A stretch of 64,000 bases of DNA from Octopus sinensis (Eukaryota): positions 11,284,001 through 11,348,000 of the forward strand of contig NC_043002.1 in assembly GCF_006345805.1 (NCBI RefSeq). The letters run 5' to 3'. The notes under the pieces are model-generated. The model did no database searches. It was given only the letters and a program-made list of their open reading frames with translations, and was not told where the DNA came from. Below are positions 25,248-38,100 of the stretch, piece after piece. The first letter of the stretch is position 1, and every line of letters starts with the position of its first letter. The translations under genes and the position numbers were made by a program.

Positions 25248-25478
25248 ATTTCTTTATTGCCCACAAGGGGCTAAACATAGAAGGGACAAACCAGGACAGA
25301 CAACGGGATTAAGTCGTTTTACATAGACCCCAGTGCGTAATTGGTACTTTATTTACCGACCCCGAAAGGATGAAAGGCAAAGTCGACCTCAGCAGAATTT
25401 GAAATCAGAACGTAACGGCAGACGAAATACGGCTACGCATTTCGCCTGGCGTGCTAACGTTTCTGCCAGCTCGCCGTC
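25248..25478 (-). mobile_element. SINE family A
   Basis: Full head and module matching the other copies. Confidence 0.8.
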
Positions 25479-25697
25479 TTCTGGCTTTTTATTTTATAGT
25501 TTATATACTCCTCATGAAATAATTTCTTAGACAGGATCTCTAGGATTTCAGCTGCAGAGGACTCTATTATTGTACTCCTTCTTATTGGTTTACTTTGTGG
25601 TATGGTAGCCGGGTCTACGAGAAGAGCTTTCTGTGATTGCCACAAAATTCCATGAATTTATATATTGCACTATAATTTTATAAGTGTGTGTGAGTGA

Positions 25698-25734
<37 letters not shown>

Positions 25735-25773
25735 TGAGTGAGTGAGTGAGTGAGTGAGTGTGCGCCTGTATGT

Positions 25774-26155
25774 GGAGGCGCAATGGCCCAGTGGTTAGGG
25801 CAGCGGACTCGCGGTCATAGGATCGCGGTTTCGATTCTCAGACCGGGCGCTGTGAGTGTTTATTGAGCGAAAACACCTGAAGCTCCACGATGTTCCGGCA
25901 GGGGATGGTGGTGATCCCTGCTGTACTCTTTCACCACAACTTTCTCTCACTCTTACTTCCTGTTTCTGTTGTACCTGTATTTCAAAGGGCCGGCCTTATC
26001 ACTCTCTGTGTCACGCTGAATATCCCCGAGAACTACGTTAAGGGTACACGTGTCTGTGGAGTGCTCAGCCACTTACACGTTAATTTCACGAGCAGGCTGT
26101 TCCGTTGATTCGGATCAACCGAAACCCTCGTCGTCGTAACCGACGAAGTGCTTAA
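25774..26155 (+). mobile_element. tRNA-derived SINE family C (GGAGGCGCAATGGCCCAGTGGTTAGG head); possibly one of the octopus OR-type SINEs
   Basis: A-box TGGCCCAGTGG and B-box GGTTTCGATTC. Related copies at 31065-31433, 46297-46465, 47005-47200 (+) and 47570-47745 (-). The family name was not verified. Confidence 0.75.
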
Positions 26156-27779
26156 CCCCCCCCCCCCCTGTATGTGTGTGTGTGTGTGTGTGTGTTAAGG
26201 TACATGGCTCAGTAGTACCAGCGTCGGGCTTACAATCGTGAGTTCAATTCCCGGACCGGGTTGTGTGTTGTGTTCTTGAGCAATAGACTTTATTTCACGT
26301 TGCTCCAGTTCACTCAGCTGTAGAAATGAGTTGCGATGCCGCTGATGTCAAGCCGGTGTATCGGTCTTTGCTTTTCTTTTGGACAACAGCGGGGGCGCGT
26401 GGAGAAGGGGAGACCTGTAAGCACAACACAAACGACCTTGCCCCCGAAATTGTACTTCAGAGGGGAACTTTCTAGGTGCAATCTGACAATTTGATGGTCA
26501 TTCGCAACCGAAGAGGACCTTTGTCAAACGCACACACACACACGTACACACACACGCGTACACACATGTACATATACAACTATATATATATATACGTGCT
26601 AACATTTCTGCCAGCTTGCCGCCTTTTAAAGGATGAAAGGCAAAATCGACTTCGGCGGAATTTGAACTCAGAACGTAAAGACAAACAAAACATAATTGTA
26701 AATTATAACGGCGCAGGTTAATATTATACTTAGAAGCTCCAGCTTTAACGCGATCGTTGTCTCCACCCGCATCCTGCCTCACACTGTGAAGAGCTTAAGA
26801 AAAATACATGACTGACAACCACAGAAACGAAGGCTTAATTATAACCAAAGCCCGAAGGAAGACAGTTTATTGTTATTCACAAATCCTTTTAAAGATTATT
26901 TCTTTTCATTCAAATATCGCACATGAATGGAGAACATCTGTCGTGTGGATCGTGATAAATATTTGCTGTAAATAGGGGTCGCCGAGAGAAGCGTTAATCC
27001 AACTTAACGTGTACATCCGTTTTTAATCATCTCACGTAATAGATTAATGACGGCCATAAAGCCAGCGTTTATTACGATTTTAGTTTAGGAATCGCCTAGA
27101 TCGCGGAAATATTTTAGAATAGATTTCTTTTTGTTCTATTTTTTTTTACTTCTATTCAGGTTTATACCTGTATTTTTTTTCTACTATTCAGATACGACTC
27201 AGACCGTTCTAGTAATTTCAGTTGACTTTTTGTACGACGTTGCTTCCTTGTTTTAATTGCTGTATGTAACTCTCTAAAGTTATAGTATTGCGCCCCTCTT
27301 GAATTCTGAAAGAGGATCTGAGATTATTCAGCATAGCCTTAACGGGAACCTCTGCTACCCTTTATTTCTTTATTCATATCATTTCTACATTGTAGGCCAC
27401 GGCCTCTGTATTGCATTGCTCATTCACTGGACACATAATGCAAACACTACATGAGCACCCGACCTTTGCCGCAGCTTTGGAGTACTCGCTAATATTTTTA
27501 GACAGTTTTTTTTTAGACAATTAAGTACCAGACTTAATCCCTTTGTCTGTCCTTGTTTGTCCCCTCTGTGTTTAGCCCCTTGTGGGTAGTAAAGAAATAT
27601 ATATTTACAATTATATATTCAGTAGATTAATGGATTAACGTTCAACGAATATAAAGGTTAAGAATCTTCGGTATAATTTTTGCTGGATAATGTAATGAAA
27701 ATTGTGCAAAGAAGTTAGTCACAACATATAATTAATATTATGTTAATGAATACTACGAAATAAGTATGTTAATTAAAGA

Positions 27780-28095
27780 CTAGCAGTATCGCCCGGCGTT
27801 GCTCGGGTTTGTAAGGGAAATATCTATAGAAGCATTTTTAGAGAGTTATAGCCAAAGAATAGCAAAAAAATGCATTAAAAATTGAAAAAAAATTAAGGTA
27901 AATTTTTTATTAAATCGTTGACACATCGTAGATATTTTTAGAGAGTTACTTCCCTTATATAAAAGCGAAAAAATGCATTAAAATGGAAAAATATGATGGT
28001 AAATTTTTTTTAAATCGTAGACTCATCGTAGACGCACGCTACTACCCAGAAGGGCTCGATATGAATCACGACTATAAGATACCCGCTTTTGGTTT
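27780..28095 (-). mobile_element. Non-autonomous Helitron, 5'-truncated copy of the 1685-2079 family
   Basis: Shares the terminus ctagcagtatcgcccggcgttgctcgggtttg and the internal block cccagaagggctcgatatgaatcacgact. Confidence 0.72.
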
Positions 28096-28320
28096 ATAAC
28101 TTTTAAACATTATTCAAGAACCATCGGCCAACACGTTGGGCAGAAAAAATCGCTTTCTTCTTACGTGCTACTTCATCCATAGCGAGTCAACCACTTCTGA
28201 TTGGTCGAGTGATATTCACGTAGGCGTTGATAAAGCGAAATAAAGTGTCTTGCTCAAGGGTACAATACACCGTCAGGAATCGAACTCACGATTGAACCGA
28301 ATTCCACTAATACACGCATC

Positions 28321-28321
<1 letters not shown>

Positions 28322-28382
<61 letters not shown>

Positions 28383-28583
28383 ACACACACACACGCACGC
28401 ACGCACGCACGCACGCACGCGCATACACACACACACACACGTACGTACACATATATGAATATATGTATGTGTCTGCGCATATTACACACATATACATACA
28501 TACACATATACATACATATGTACGTACATACATAATACATACATACATACATACATACATATATGCATACATACATACATACA

Positions 28584-28614
<31 letters not shown>

Positions 28615-28933
28615 GTACGTACATACATAATAATACATACATACATACATACATACATACATACATAATACATAGATACATACATACATACATACATACA
28701 TACATACATACATACACATATACATACATACATAACATACATACATACATACATACATACATAATACATACATACATACATATACATACATATGTACGTA
28801 CATACATAATACATACATACATACATACATACATACATACATACATACACATATACATACATATGTACGTACATACATAATACATAGATACATACATACA
28901 TATATGCATACATACATACATACATACATACAA

Positions 28934-28965
<32 letters not shown>

Positions 28966-29235
28966 GCATACATACATACATACATACATACATACATACA
29001 TACATACACACATACATACATACACATATACATACATATGTACGTACATACATAATACATACATACATACATACATACATACTACATACATACATACATA
29101 CATACATACACACACACATACATACATACATACACACACACATACATACATACATACATACATACACACACACATACATACATACATACATACATACATA
29201 CATACATACATACACACATACACACATACATACAT
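28322..29235 (+). repeat. (CA)n/(ACAT)n compound microsatellite
   Basis: Direct observation. Confidence 0.97.
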
Positions 29236-29236
29236 A

Positions 29237-29640
29237 GTACCATCATAGAGGTCAGCTACCCTGTAGATAAAAATGTCTCTTTGCAAATCAAAGGAAAGGG
29301 GGATATCCATGGACAACTGCTTCGAAACCTCCAGCTTCTTTTTTCCAGTCTATGAATTCATATTCATACCAATAATAATTGGAGCATTAGATTTTGTTAG
29401 TAAATGCTAAAGGGGAATCTGGATAAACTGGAATTTACCGAAAGAGAAATCGAATGGCTGATTCGTACATTACAAGTGCAATCTGTGAGTGGAACAGTAA
29501 AGATATGCAAGACTTTTCTCAAGTTCCAAATGCGAATTTGTTTGTGTTAACAACATCCCAAAGATGGAGCCTTGTATCTTTGTTGGAAACCGGGTCCCTC
29601 CTCAGTGGAAAATTTTTAATAATTACAAAATAGAAGACAC
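29237..29640 (+). mobile_element. 5'-truncated LINE with a restriction-like endonuclease (R4/Dong-like C-terminus)
   Basis: IIEVSYPVDKNV..LLRNLQLLF/FIPIIIGALDFV..LIRTLQVQSVSGTVKICKTFLKF with frameshifts. Flanked by (ACAT)n on both sides. Confidence 0.75.
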
Positions 29641-29814
29641 ATACATACATACATACATACAAACATACATACACATAACATATATACTTATACATACGTA
29701 CATCCATCCATCCATCCATCCATCCATACGTACATACATATATACATACTTACGCATAAGATATATACTTAAACATGCGTACATAATACATACATACATA
29801 CATACTTATATGTA

Positions 29815-29924
29815 TGTCCCTATTCAGTTTTTTCGAGATTTCTTGCCAACAGAGAAAGAACCGGTTTCTAACCTTGATCGAAGGCCCCATTACTAGAATT
29901 TCAACAGTCTCAACAGAGTATGTA

Positions 29925-29955
<31 letters not shown>

Positions 29956-30429
29956 ATGTATGTATGTATGTATGTATGTATGTATGTATGTATGTGCAGT
30001 ATTTGGAGTTCGTGCGTATGCAGGCTTGTATGCTTTGGTTTATGTATGTATTCTCATGCATATATTTGTATGTCTTGACATTCTCATATATATTTAAATG
30101 ATAAACTTCTGGAAAGTTTTACAGATTTTTACAGTTCCAGTGATGAATTGGAGCTGTAGTCATCGAATCAGCATTCTCCTTTCTGGTTTTGAGAAGCTTA
30201 ATTTTTCAAGATTGGTTTTTAGGCAGTATGTTACATATCCCAGGGCCCCAATAATTACTGGTATAAATCTGAACTTGTTATCTGGAAAAATTAACTGTAG
30301 ATTTCTCAATAGTTCAACGTGAGTATTTTCTTTTTCGCTAATCTTTAGCTTTATGTTAACATCCGCTGGGCAGCTGGTTTCCACAACTGTACAGGTTATC
30401 CTCTTTATTACAAAGCACTATGCCAGGCC

Positions 30430-30430
<1 letters not shown>
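29815..30430 (-). mobile_element. Second, diverged 5'-truncated copy of the same R4/Dong-like LINE lineage
   Basis: RPGIVL..VVETSCPADVN..LLRNLQLIFPDNKFRFIPVIIGALGYV..ITGTVKICKTFQKF, including a degenerate PD-(D/E) endonuclease motif. Flanked by (ACAT)n on the element strand. Confidence 0.78.
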
Positions 30431-30461
<31 letters not shown>

Positions 30462-32304
30462 TGTATGTATGTATGTATGTATGTATGTATGTATGTATGT
30501 ATGTATGTATGTGTTTACGTCCGTGTAACTTAGCCGTTCGGCAAAATGAACTGATAGAATAAGTACAAGGCTTACAAAGAATAAGTCCTGGGGTCTTATA
30601 CACATACATACATACATACATACATACATACATACATACATACATACATACATACATGCATGCATGTATGTATGTATGTGTTTACGTCCGCGTAACACAC
30701 ATACATACATACATACACACATACATACACACATACATACATACACACATACATACACACATACATACACACATACACACATACATGTATGTATGTATGT
30801 ATGTGTGTATGTGTGTATGTATGTATTTATGTATGTATGTATGTGTTTACGTCCACGTAACTTAGCGGTTCAGCAAAATAAACTGATAGAATAAGTACAA
30901 GGCTTACAAAGAATAAGTCCTGGGGTCGATTTTCTCGACTAAAGACGGTGCTCCAGCATGGCCGCAGTCAAATGACTGAAACAAATAAAAGAATAAAATA
31001 AAAGAAAAGAATACAGTCGCATTTCTTTAAACATGTTCAAATAGGTTGTCGTGTGGAGGAGCAATGGCTCAGTGGTTAGGGCAGTGGACTTTCGGTCGTA
31101 GGGTCGCAGTTTCGATTCCCAGACCGGGCGTTGCGAGGGTTTATTGAGCGAAAACACCTGAAGCTCCACGATGCCCCGGCAGGGAGTGGCGGCGAACCCT
31201 GCTGTGCTCTTTCCCCACAACTTTCTCTCACTCTTTCTTCCTGTTTCTCTTGTACCTGTATTTCAAAGGGCCAGCCTTGTCACACTCTGTGTCACGCTGA
31301 ATCTCCCCGAAAAAAACGTTAAGGGTACACGTGTCTGCGGAGTACTCAGCCACTTACACGTTAATTTCACGAGCAGGCTGTTCCGTTGATCGTATCAACT
31401 GGAACCCTCGTCGTCGTAACCGACGGAGTGCCACGAGGTTGTGAATAATCTTCATAGAAAAGATTACTAGAACGGCAGTTTTTTCTAGCGGTGTAATATG
31501 AAATTGTCACCCATAATTATGACCCTAGTATCGATCTATTGCATTTCAATCTGGGTTAAGGTTAGGGGTGGGGGAAAGGGTATCTTTTTTTCTTCAGAAA
31601 TGTAAATAAACCCAATCTGATTCTTAAACGAGGGACATATTCATACGGCACAGAATGTTTTCACCTCAATAGACGTCATTGATTGGTTGAAATTGCAGAA
31701 ATTGAAAAAACAACAACAAATATCTTACAAACGATAGAATTTTCTCAATAAAGCCAAGAGAAAAATATGGTTTTATAAACACATTCTACCAGTATACGAA
31801 GTTTAAAAGTGTTTAGTTACGTGGAAATTATTTTTAAAAACTGCCGTTCAAACTGAAAAGATCCATCAGCCCTGTAGATATATGTATCTAAAACCAAAGA
31901 TCGCCGAAATCATGAAGAAATCTAATCATAAATTTATCCTTCAGACTAAAATAATTCCAATATAAATAAGCGCTGACTATAATAAACAAGTAAGGTTGAT
32001 TATTGTGAAATGCTTCGAGTTTCAGAACAAGACAAGTTCAGAGTTGTCTCCCTTATTTGATCAGCCGGAAATCTTTGCTGAGGTTTTTTTTTACTCCTTT
32101 AATTGTTAACGCCATTGTACTGCGGTCATGCTGGAGGACCACATTGTAGAGTTTGTGGAATAAATCAAGTCTAGCGCTTAATTTTAATTAAACCTGGCAC
32201 ATATTCTCTCGTCTTCCTTTACCGAACTGCTAAGTTACGGGCGATGCAATTAAACCAGCATCGGTTGCGAAGCGGTTGAAGGATATTTATTAACACAAAG
32301 AAAA

Positions 32305-32317
32305 CACACGCACGCAC

Positions 32318-32353
<36 letters not shown>

Positions 32354-32823
32354 CACACACACACACACACACGCACGCGTGTATTGTACAATTCAGAATT
32401 TCGTTCGCAAACTAGTGGTTCCTCGATCAATCCCACTGTACGACTTGGGATGTGCTTGTATGCACGTACGTACGTACGTACGTATGTATGTATGTATGTA
32501 TGTATGTATGTATGTATGTATGTATGTGTGTATGTATGTGTGTATGTATGTATATATGTATGTATGTGTGTATGTATGTAAGTATGTATGTACGTATGTA
32601 TGTATGTAAGTATGTATGTATGTATGTGTGTATGTATGTATGTATGTATGTATGTGTGTATGTATGTATATATGTATGTATGTGTGTATGTATGTAAGTA
32701 TGTATGTATGTGTGTATGTATGTATGTATGTGTGTATGTGTGTGTATGTATGTATGTATGTATGTATGTATGTATGTATGTATGTATGTATGTATGTATG
32801 CATGTATGCGTGTGTGCGTGTGT

Positions 32824-32860
<37 letters not shown>
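32305..32860 (+). repeat. (CA)n, (TATG)n and (TG)n microsatellites
   Basis: Direct observation. Confidence 0.95.
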
Positions 32861-32862
<2 letters not shown>

Positions 32863-33595
32863 GTTTGGCCCTCCTACATTGCTTAATTATCTGTATCGAT
32901 TTGCTTACGTGTTTGCAACGGTATTATTTGGTTATCTCAGCTCCATTAAAAAATTGCCATTAAAAATCTGGGTTATCTCCGCGCTAAAAAATTGAGTTTT
33001 TGCGGTGACAAGAAATTAGATTAAAAGTGTTTGATCCTTTTGATTCAATACTTCAACACAATTTTTTTTCATGGGGATGAGATAACCAAGAAATACCTTT
33101 GCAACTTAGCGGTGTGGAAAAAGTAACCGACAGAACATATCCTGGACTCTTATTCCATCTTTCTTCTTTCCATCAATCCATCCATCATATTTTCTTTGTC
33201 CTTTTATATCTCTTTCATTTTATTCATTTTTTTTCTTCCTCTCAGGGTGGTCCTCTATTACTCCTACTTTTTATACCGTGCTTACTCCCACTTCCATCTT
33301 TTTTTTCACCTCCTACACAATCTCATCTTCTTGTTCGTCGGTTTGTTCGACTAAACTCTTCAAGCCGGTGCTACAGCATGGCCGCAGTTCAGTAACTGTA
33401 ACAAGTAAAAGATATGAATTCACTCACAAAGCACTGAAGGCTTTAGACGGCCCGGGGTAACTGCTGAAGTCTCTTGCCGAAGGTGGCGCGAAGTGGGACT
33501 GAACTCAAAGCCTCATGATTGCAAAGCGAACTACTAAACAACACATCTATGTCTACACCTATAACCCATAACCCGCAATACTTGTCTTAAAATTA

Positions 33596-35010
33596 AAGCT
33601 GGCAGAATCGTTAGCACGCCGGGCGAAATGTTCAGTGGCATTTCGTCTGTCTTTATGTTCTGAGTTCAAATTCCGAAGAAGTCGACTTTGCTTTTATCCT
33701 TACGGGATCGATAGATTAAGTACCAGTCGATATATATTAAGTACTGAGTTCGATCTAATCGACTGGTCCCTACCCACCAAATTTTGGGCCTTGTGTCTAG
33801 AATAGAAAAGAATATCTGTCTTAAAATTTGTGTTTATTTCTGATGTTGAAAACATCGATGATAACAAAGCCATCTACCCTTATTAGATAAATATAGATAA
33901 AAGAAATTACTTTAATATTATTATGTTAGATAAGGCAGATAAATAAGGTGTCAATGATTTTTTATCATTAAATTATTTATAAAGCGGCGAGCTGGCAGAA
34001 CCGTTAGCACGTCGGGCGAAATGCTTAGTGGTATTTCGTCTACCGTTGCGTTCTGAGTTCAAATTCCGCCGAGGTCAACTTTGCCTTTCATCCTTTCGGG
34101 GTCGATAAATTAAGTACCAGTTACGCACTGGGGTTGATGTAATCGACTTAATACCTATGTCTGTCCTTGTTTGTCCCCTCTGTGTTTAGCCCCTTGTGGG
34201 TAATAAAGAAATAGGTATTTCGTCTGCCGCTATGTTCTGAGTTCAAATTCCGCCGAGGTCGACTTTGCGTTTCAAGGCCAGAAAGAAATAATTTATTTCT
34301 TTATTGCCCACAAGGGGCTAAACATAGAGGAAACAAACAAGGACAGACAAAGGGATTAAGTCGATTATATCGACCCCAGTGCGTAACTGGTACTTATTTA
34401 ACCGACCCCGAAAGAAGGAAAGGCAAAGTTGACCTCGGCGGAATTTGAATTCAGAACGTAACGGCAGATGAAATACCTTTTTCTTTACTACCCACAAGGG
34501 GCTAAACACAGAGAGGACAAACAAGGACAGACAAACGGATTAAGTCGATTATATCGACCCCAGTGTGTAACTGGTACTTATTTAATCGACCCCCGAAAGG
34601 ATGAAAGGCAAAGTCGACCTCGGCGGAATTTGAACTCAGAACGTAGCGGCAGCCGAAATAAACTAAGTATGTTAACGATTATGCCAACTTGCCGCCCTAG
34701 AAAGAACAAGTAATTGAAAGCTTCATAGCAAGAAAGACAAACCTCAAAAAAACGCTTCAAGTTGCCTCCCTTGCTCTCTAACTTTTTTTCGTCTGCCGGC
34801 GAGCTTGACAGACTGTTATGACACCGGAAAAAAAAATGCTTAAAAACTTTTCTTCCGGTTTTTGTTCTGAGTACAAATTGCCCCGAGGTCGACTTTGCAC
34901 TTCATCCTTTCAGAGTCGATGAAATAAATACTTGTCAAGAACTAGGATTAATGCAATCGACTAGCCATTTCCCCCAAAATTTCAGGCCTTGTACCTATGG
35001 TAGAAATGAT
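33596..35010. mobile_element. SINE family A cluster left of the array (+ 33596-33810, + 33982-34275, - 34293-34700, + ~34790-35010)
   Basis: Family A head and module sequences in both orientations. Confidence 0.78.
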
Positions 35011-35156
35011 CATTAGCGTGACGAACAAAATGCGGCGCCAGTATAGTATGTAGTCTATCACTGTGTCAGAAGGTATAGACAGAGTTATCTACCTTATCTT
35101 TCAGATATTTCAGAGATTAAAAAACGTCAGATATTTCGGAGATAAAACACTTCTGA

Positions 35157-38100
35157 ATAAGTACCAGTTACGCAGTGGGCTCGATATAATCGACTTTATC
35201 TGTTTGTCTGTCCTTGTTTGTCCTCTCTGAGTTTAGCTCCATGTAGGCAGTAAAAAAATAGGTATTTCGTCTGCCGCTACGTTCTGAGTTTAAATTCCGC
35301 AGAGGTGGACTTGGCCTTTCATCCTTTCAGGGTTGATCAAACAAGTACCAGTTACGCACTTAATCCGTTTGTCTGTCCTTGTTTGTCCTCTCTGAGTTTA
35401 GCTCCATGTGGGTAGTAAAAAAATAGGTATTTCGTCTGCCGCTACGTTCTGAGTTTAAATTCCGCAGAGGTGGACTTGGTCTTTCATCCTTTCAGGGTTG
35501 ATCAAACAAGTACCAGTTACGCACTTAATCCGTTTGTCTGTCCTTGTTTGTCCTCTCTGAGTTTAGCTCCATGTGGGTAGTAAAAAAATAGGTATTTCGT
35601 CTGCCGCTACGTTCTGAGTTTAAATTCCGCAGAGGTCGACTTGGTCTTTCATCCTTTCAGGGTTGATCAAACAAGTACCAGTTACGCACTTAATCCGTTT
35701 GTCTGTCCTTGTTTGTCCTCTCTGAGTTTAGCTCCATGTGGGTAGTAAAAAAATAGGTATTTCGTCTGCCGCTACGTTCTGAGTTTAAATTCCGCAGAGG
35801 TCGACTTGGTCTTTCATCCTTTCGGGGTAGATTAAACAAGTACCAGTTACGCACTTAATCCGTTTGTCTGTCCTTGTTTGTCCCCTCTGAGTTTAGCTCC
35901 ATGTGGGTAGTAAAAAAATAGGTATTTCGTCTGCCGCTACGTTCTGAGTTTAAATCCGCAGAGGTCGACTTGGCCTTTCATCCTTTCAGGGTTGATCAAA
36001 CAAGTACCAGTACGCACTTAATCCGTTTGTCTGTCCTTGTTTGTCCTCCCTGAGTTTAGCTCTATGTGGGTAGTAAAAAAATAGGTATTTCGTCTGCCGC
36101 TACATTCTGAGTTTAAATTCCGCAGAGGTCGACTTGGCCTTTCATCCTTTCAGGGTTGATCAAACAAGTACCAGTTACGCACTTAATCCGTTTGTCTGTC
36201 CTTGTTTGTCCCCTCTGAGTTTAGCTCCATGTGGGTAGTAAAAAAATAGGTATTTCGTCTGCCGCTACGTTCTGAGTTTAAATTCGCAGAGGTCGACTTG
36301 GCCTTTCATCCTTTCAGGGTTGATCAAACAAGTACCAGTTACGCACTTAATCCGTTTGTCTGTCCTTGTTTGTCCCCTCTGAGTTTAGCTCCATGTGGGT
36401 AGTAAAAAAATAGGTATTTCGTCTGCCGCTACGTTCTGAGTTTAAATTCCGCAGAGGTCGACTTGGCCTTTCATCCTTTCAGGGTTGATCAAACAAGTAC
36501 CAGTTACGCACTTAATCCGTTTGTCTGTCCTTGTTTGTCCTCTCCGAGTTTAGCTCCATGTGGGTAGTAAAAAAATAGGTATTTCGTCTGCCGCTACGTT
36601 CTGAGTTTAAATTCCGCAGAGGTCGACTTGGTCTTTCATCCTTTCGGGGTACATTAAACAAGTACCAGTTACGCACTTAATCCGTTTGTCTGTCCTTGTT
36701 TGTCCTCTCTGAGTTTAGCTCCACGTGGGTAGTAAAAAAATAGGTATTTCGTCTGCCGCTACGTTCTGAGTTTAAATTCCGCAGAGGTCGACTTGGTCTT
36801 TCATCCTTTCGGGGTACATTAAACAAGTACCAGTTACGCACTTAATCCGTTTGTCTGTCATTGTTTGTCCCCTCTGAGTTTAGCTCCATGTGGGTAGTAA
36901 AAAAATAGGTATTTCGTCTGCCGCTACGTTCTGAGTTTAAATTCCGCAGAGGTCGACTTGGTCTTTCATCCTTTCGGGGTAGATTAAACAAGTACCAGTT
37001 ACGCACTTAATCCGTTTGTCTGTCCTTGTTTGTCCCCTCTGTGTTTAGCTCCATGTGGGTAGTAAAAAAATAGGTATTTCGTCTGCCGCTACGTTCTGAG
37101 TTTAAATTCCGCAGAGGTCGACTTGGCCTTTCATCCTTTCGGGGTACATTAAACAAGTACCAGTTAGGCACTTAATCCGTTTGTCTGTTCTTGTTTGTCC
37201 CCTCTGTGTTTAGCTCCATGTGGGTAGTAAAAAAATAGGTATTTCGTCTGCCGCTACGTTCTGAGTTTAAATTCCGCAGAGGTCGACTTGGCCTTTCATC
37301 CTTTCGGGGTAGATTAAACCAGTACCAGTTACGCACTTAATCCGTTTGTCTGTCCTTGTTTGTCCCCTCTGTGTTAGCTCCATGTGGGTAGTAAAAAATA
37401 GGTATTTCGTCTGCCGCTACGTTCTGAGTTTAAATTCGCAGAGGTCGACTTGGTCTTTCATCCTTTCGGGGTAGATTAAACAAGTACCATTTACGCACTT
37501 AATCCGTTTGTCTGCCCTTGTTTGTCCTCACTGAGTTTAGCCCCATGTGGGTAGTAAAAAAATAGGTATTTCGTCTGCCGTTACGTTCTGAGTTTAAATT
37601 CCGCAGAGGTCGACTTGGTCTTTCATCCTTTCGGGGTAGATTAAACAAGTACCAGTTACGCACTTAATCCGTTTGTCTGTCCTTGTTTGTCCCCTCTGTG
37701 TTTAGCTCCATGTGGGTAGTAAAAAAATAGGTATTTCGTCTGCCGCTACGTTCTGAGTTTAAATTCCGCAGAGGTGGACTTGGCCTTTCATCCTTTCGGG
37801 GTAGATTAAACCAGTACCAGTTACGCACTTAATCCGTTTGTCTGTCCTTGTTTGTCCCCTCTGTGTTTAGCTCCATGTGGGTAGTAAAAAAATAGGTATT
37901 TCGTCTGCCGCTACGTTCTGAGTTTAAATTCCGCAGAGGTCGACTTGGTCTTTCATCCTTTCGGGGTACATTAAACAAGTACCAGTTACGCACTTAATCC
38001 GTTTGTCTGTCCTTGTTTGTCCTCCCTGAGTTTAGCTCTATGTGGGTAGTAAAAAAATAGGTATTTCGTCTGCCGCTACATTCTGAGTTTAAATTCCGCA

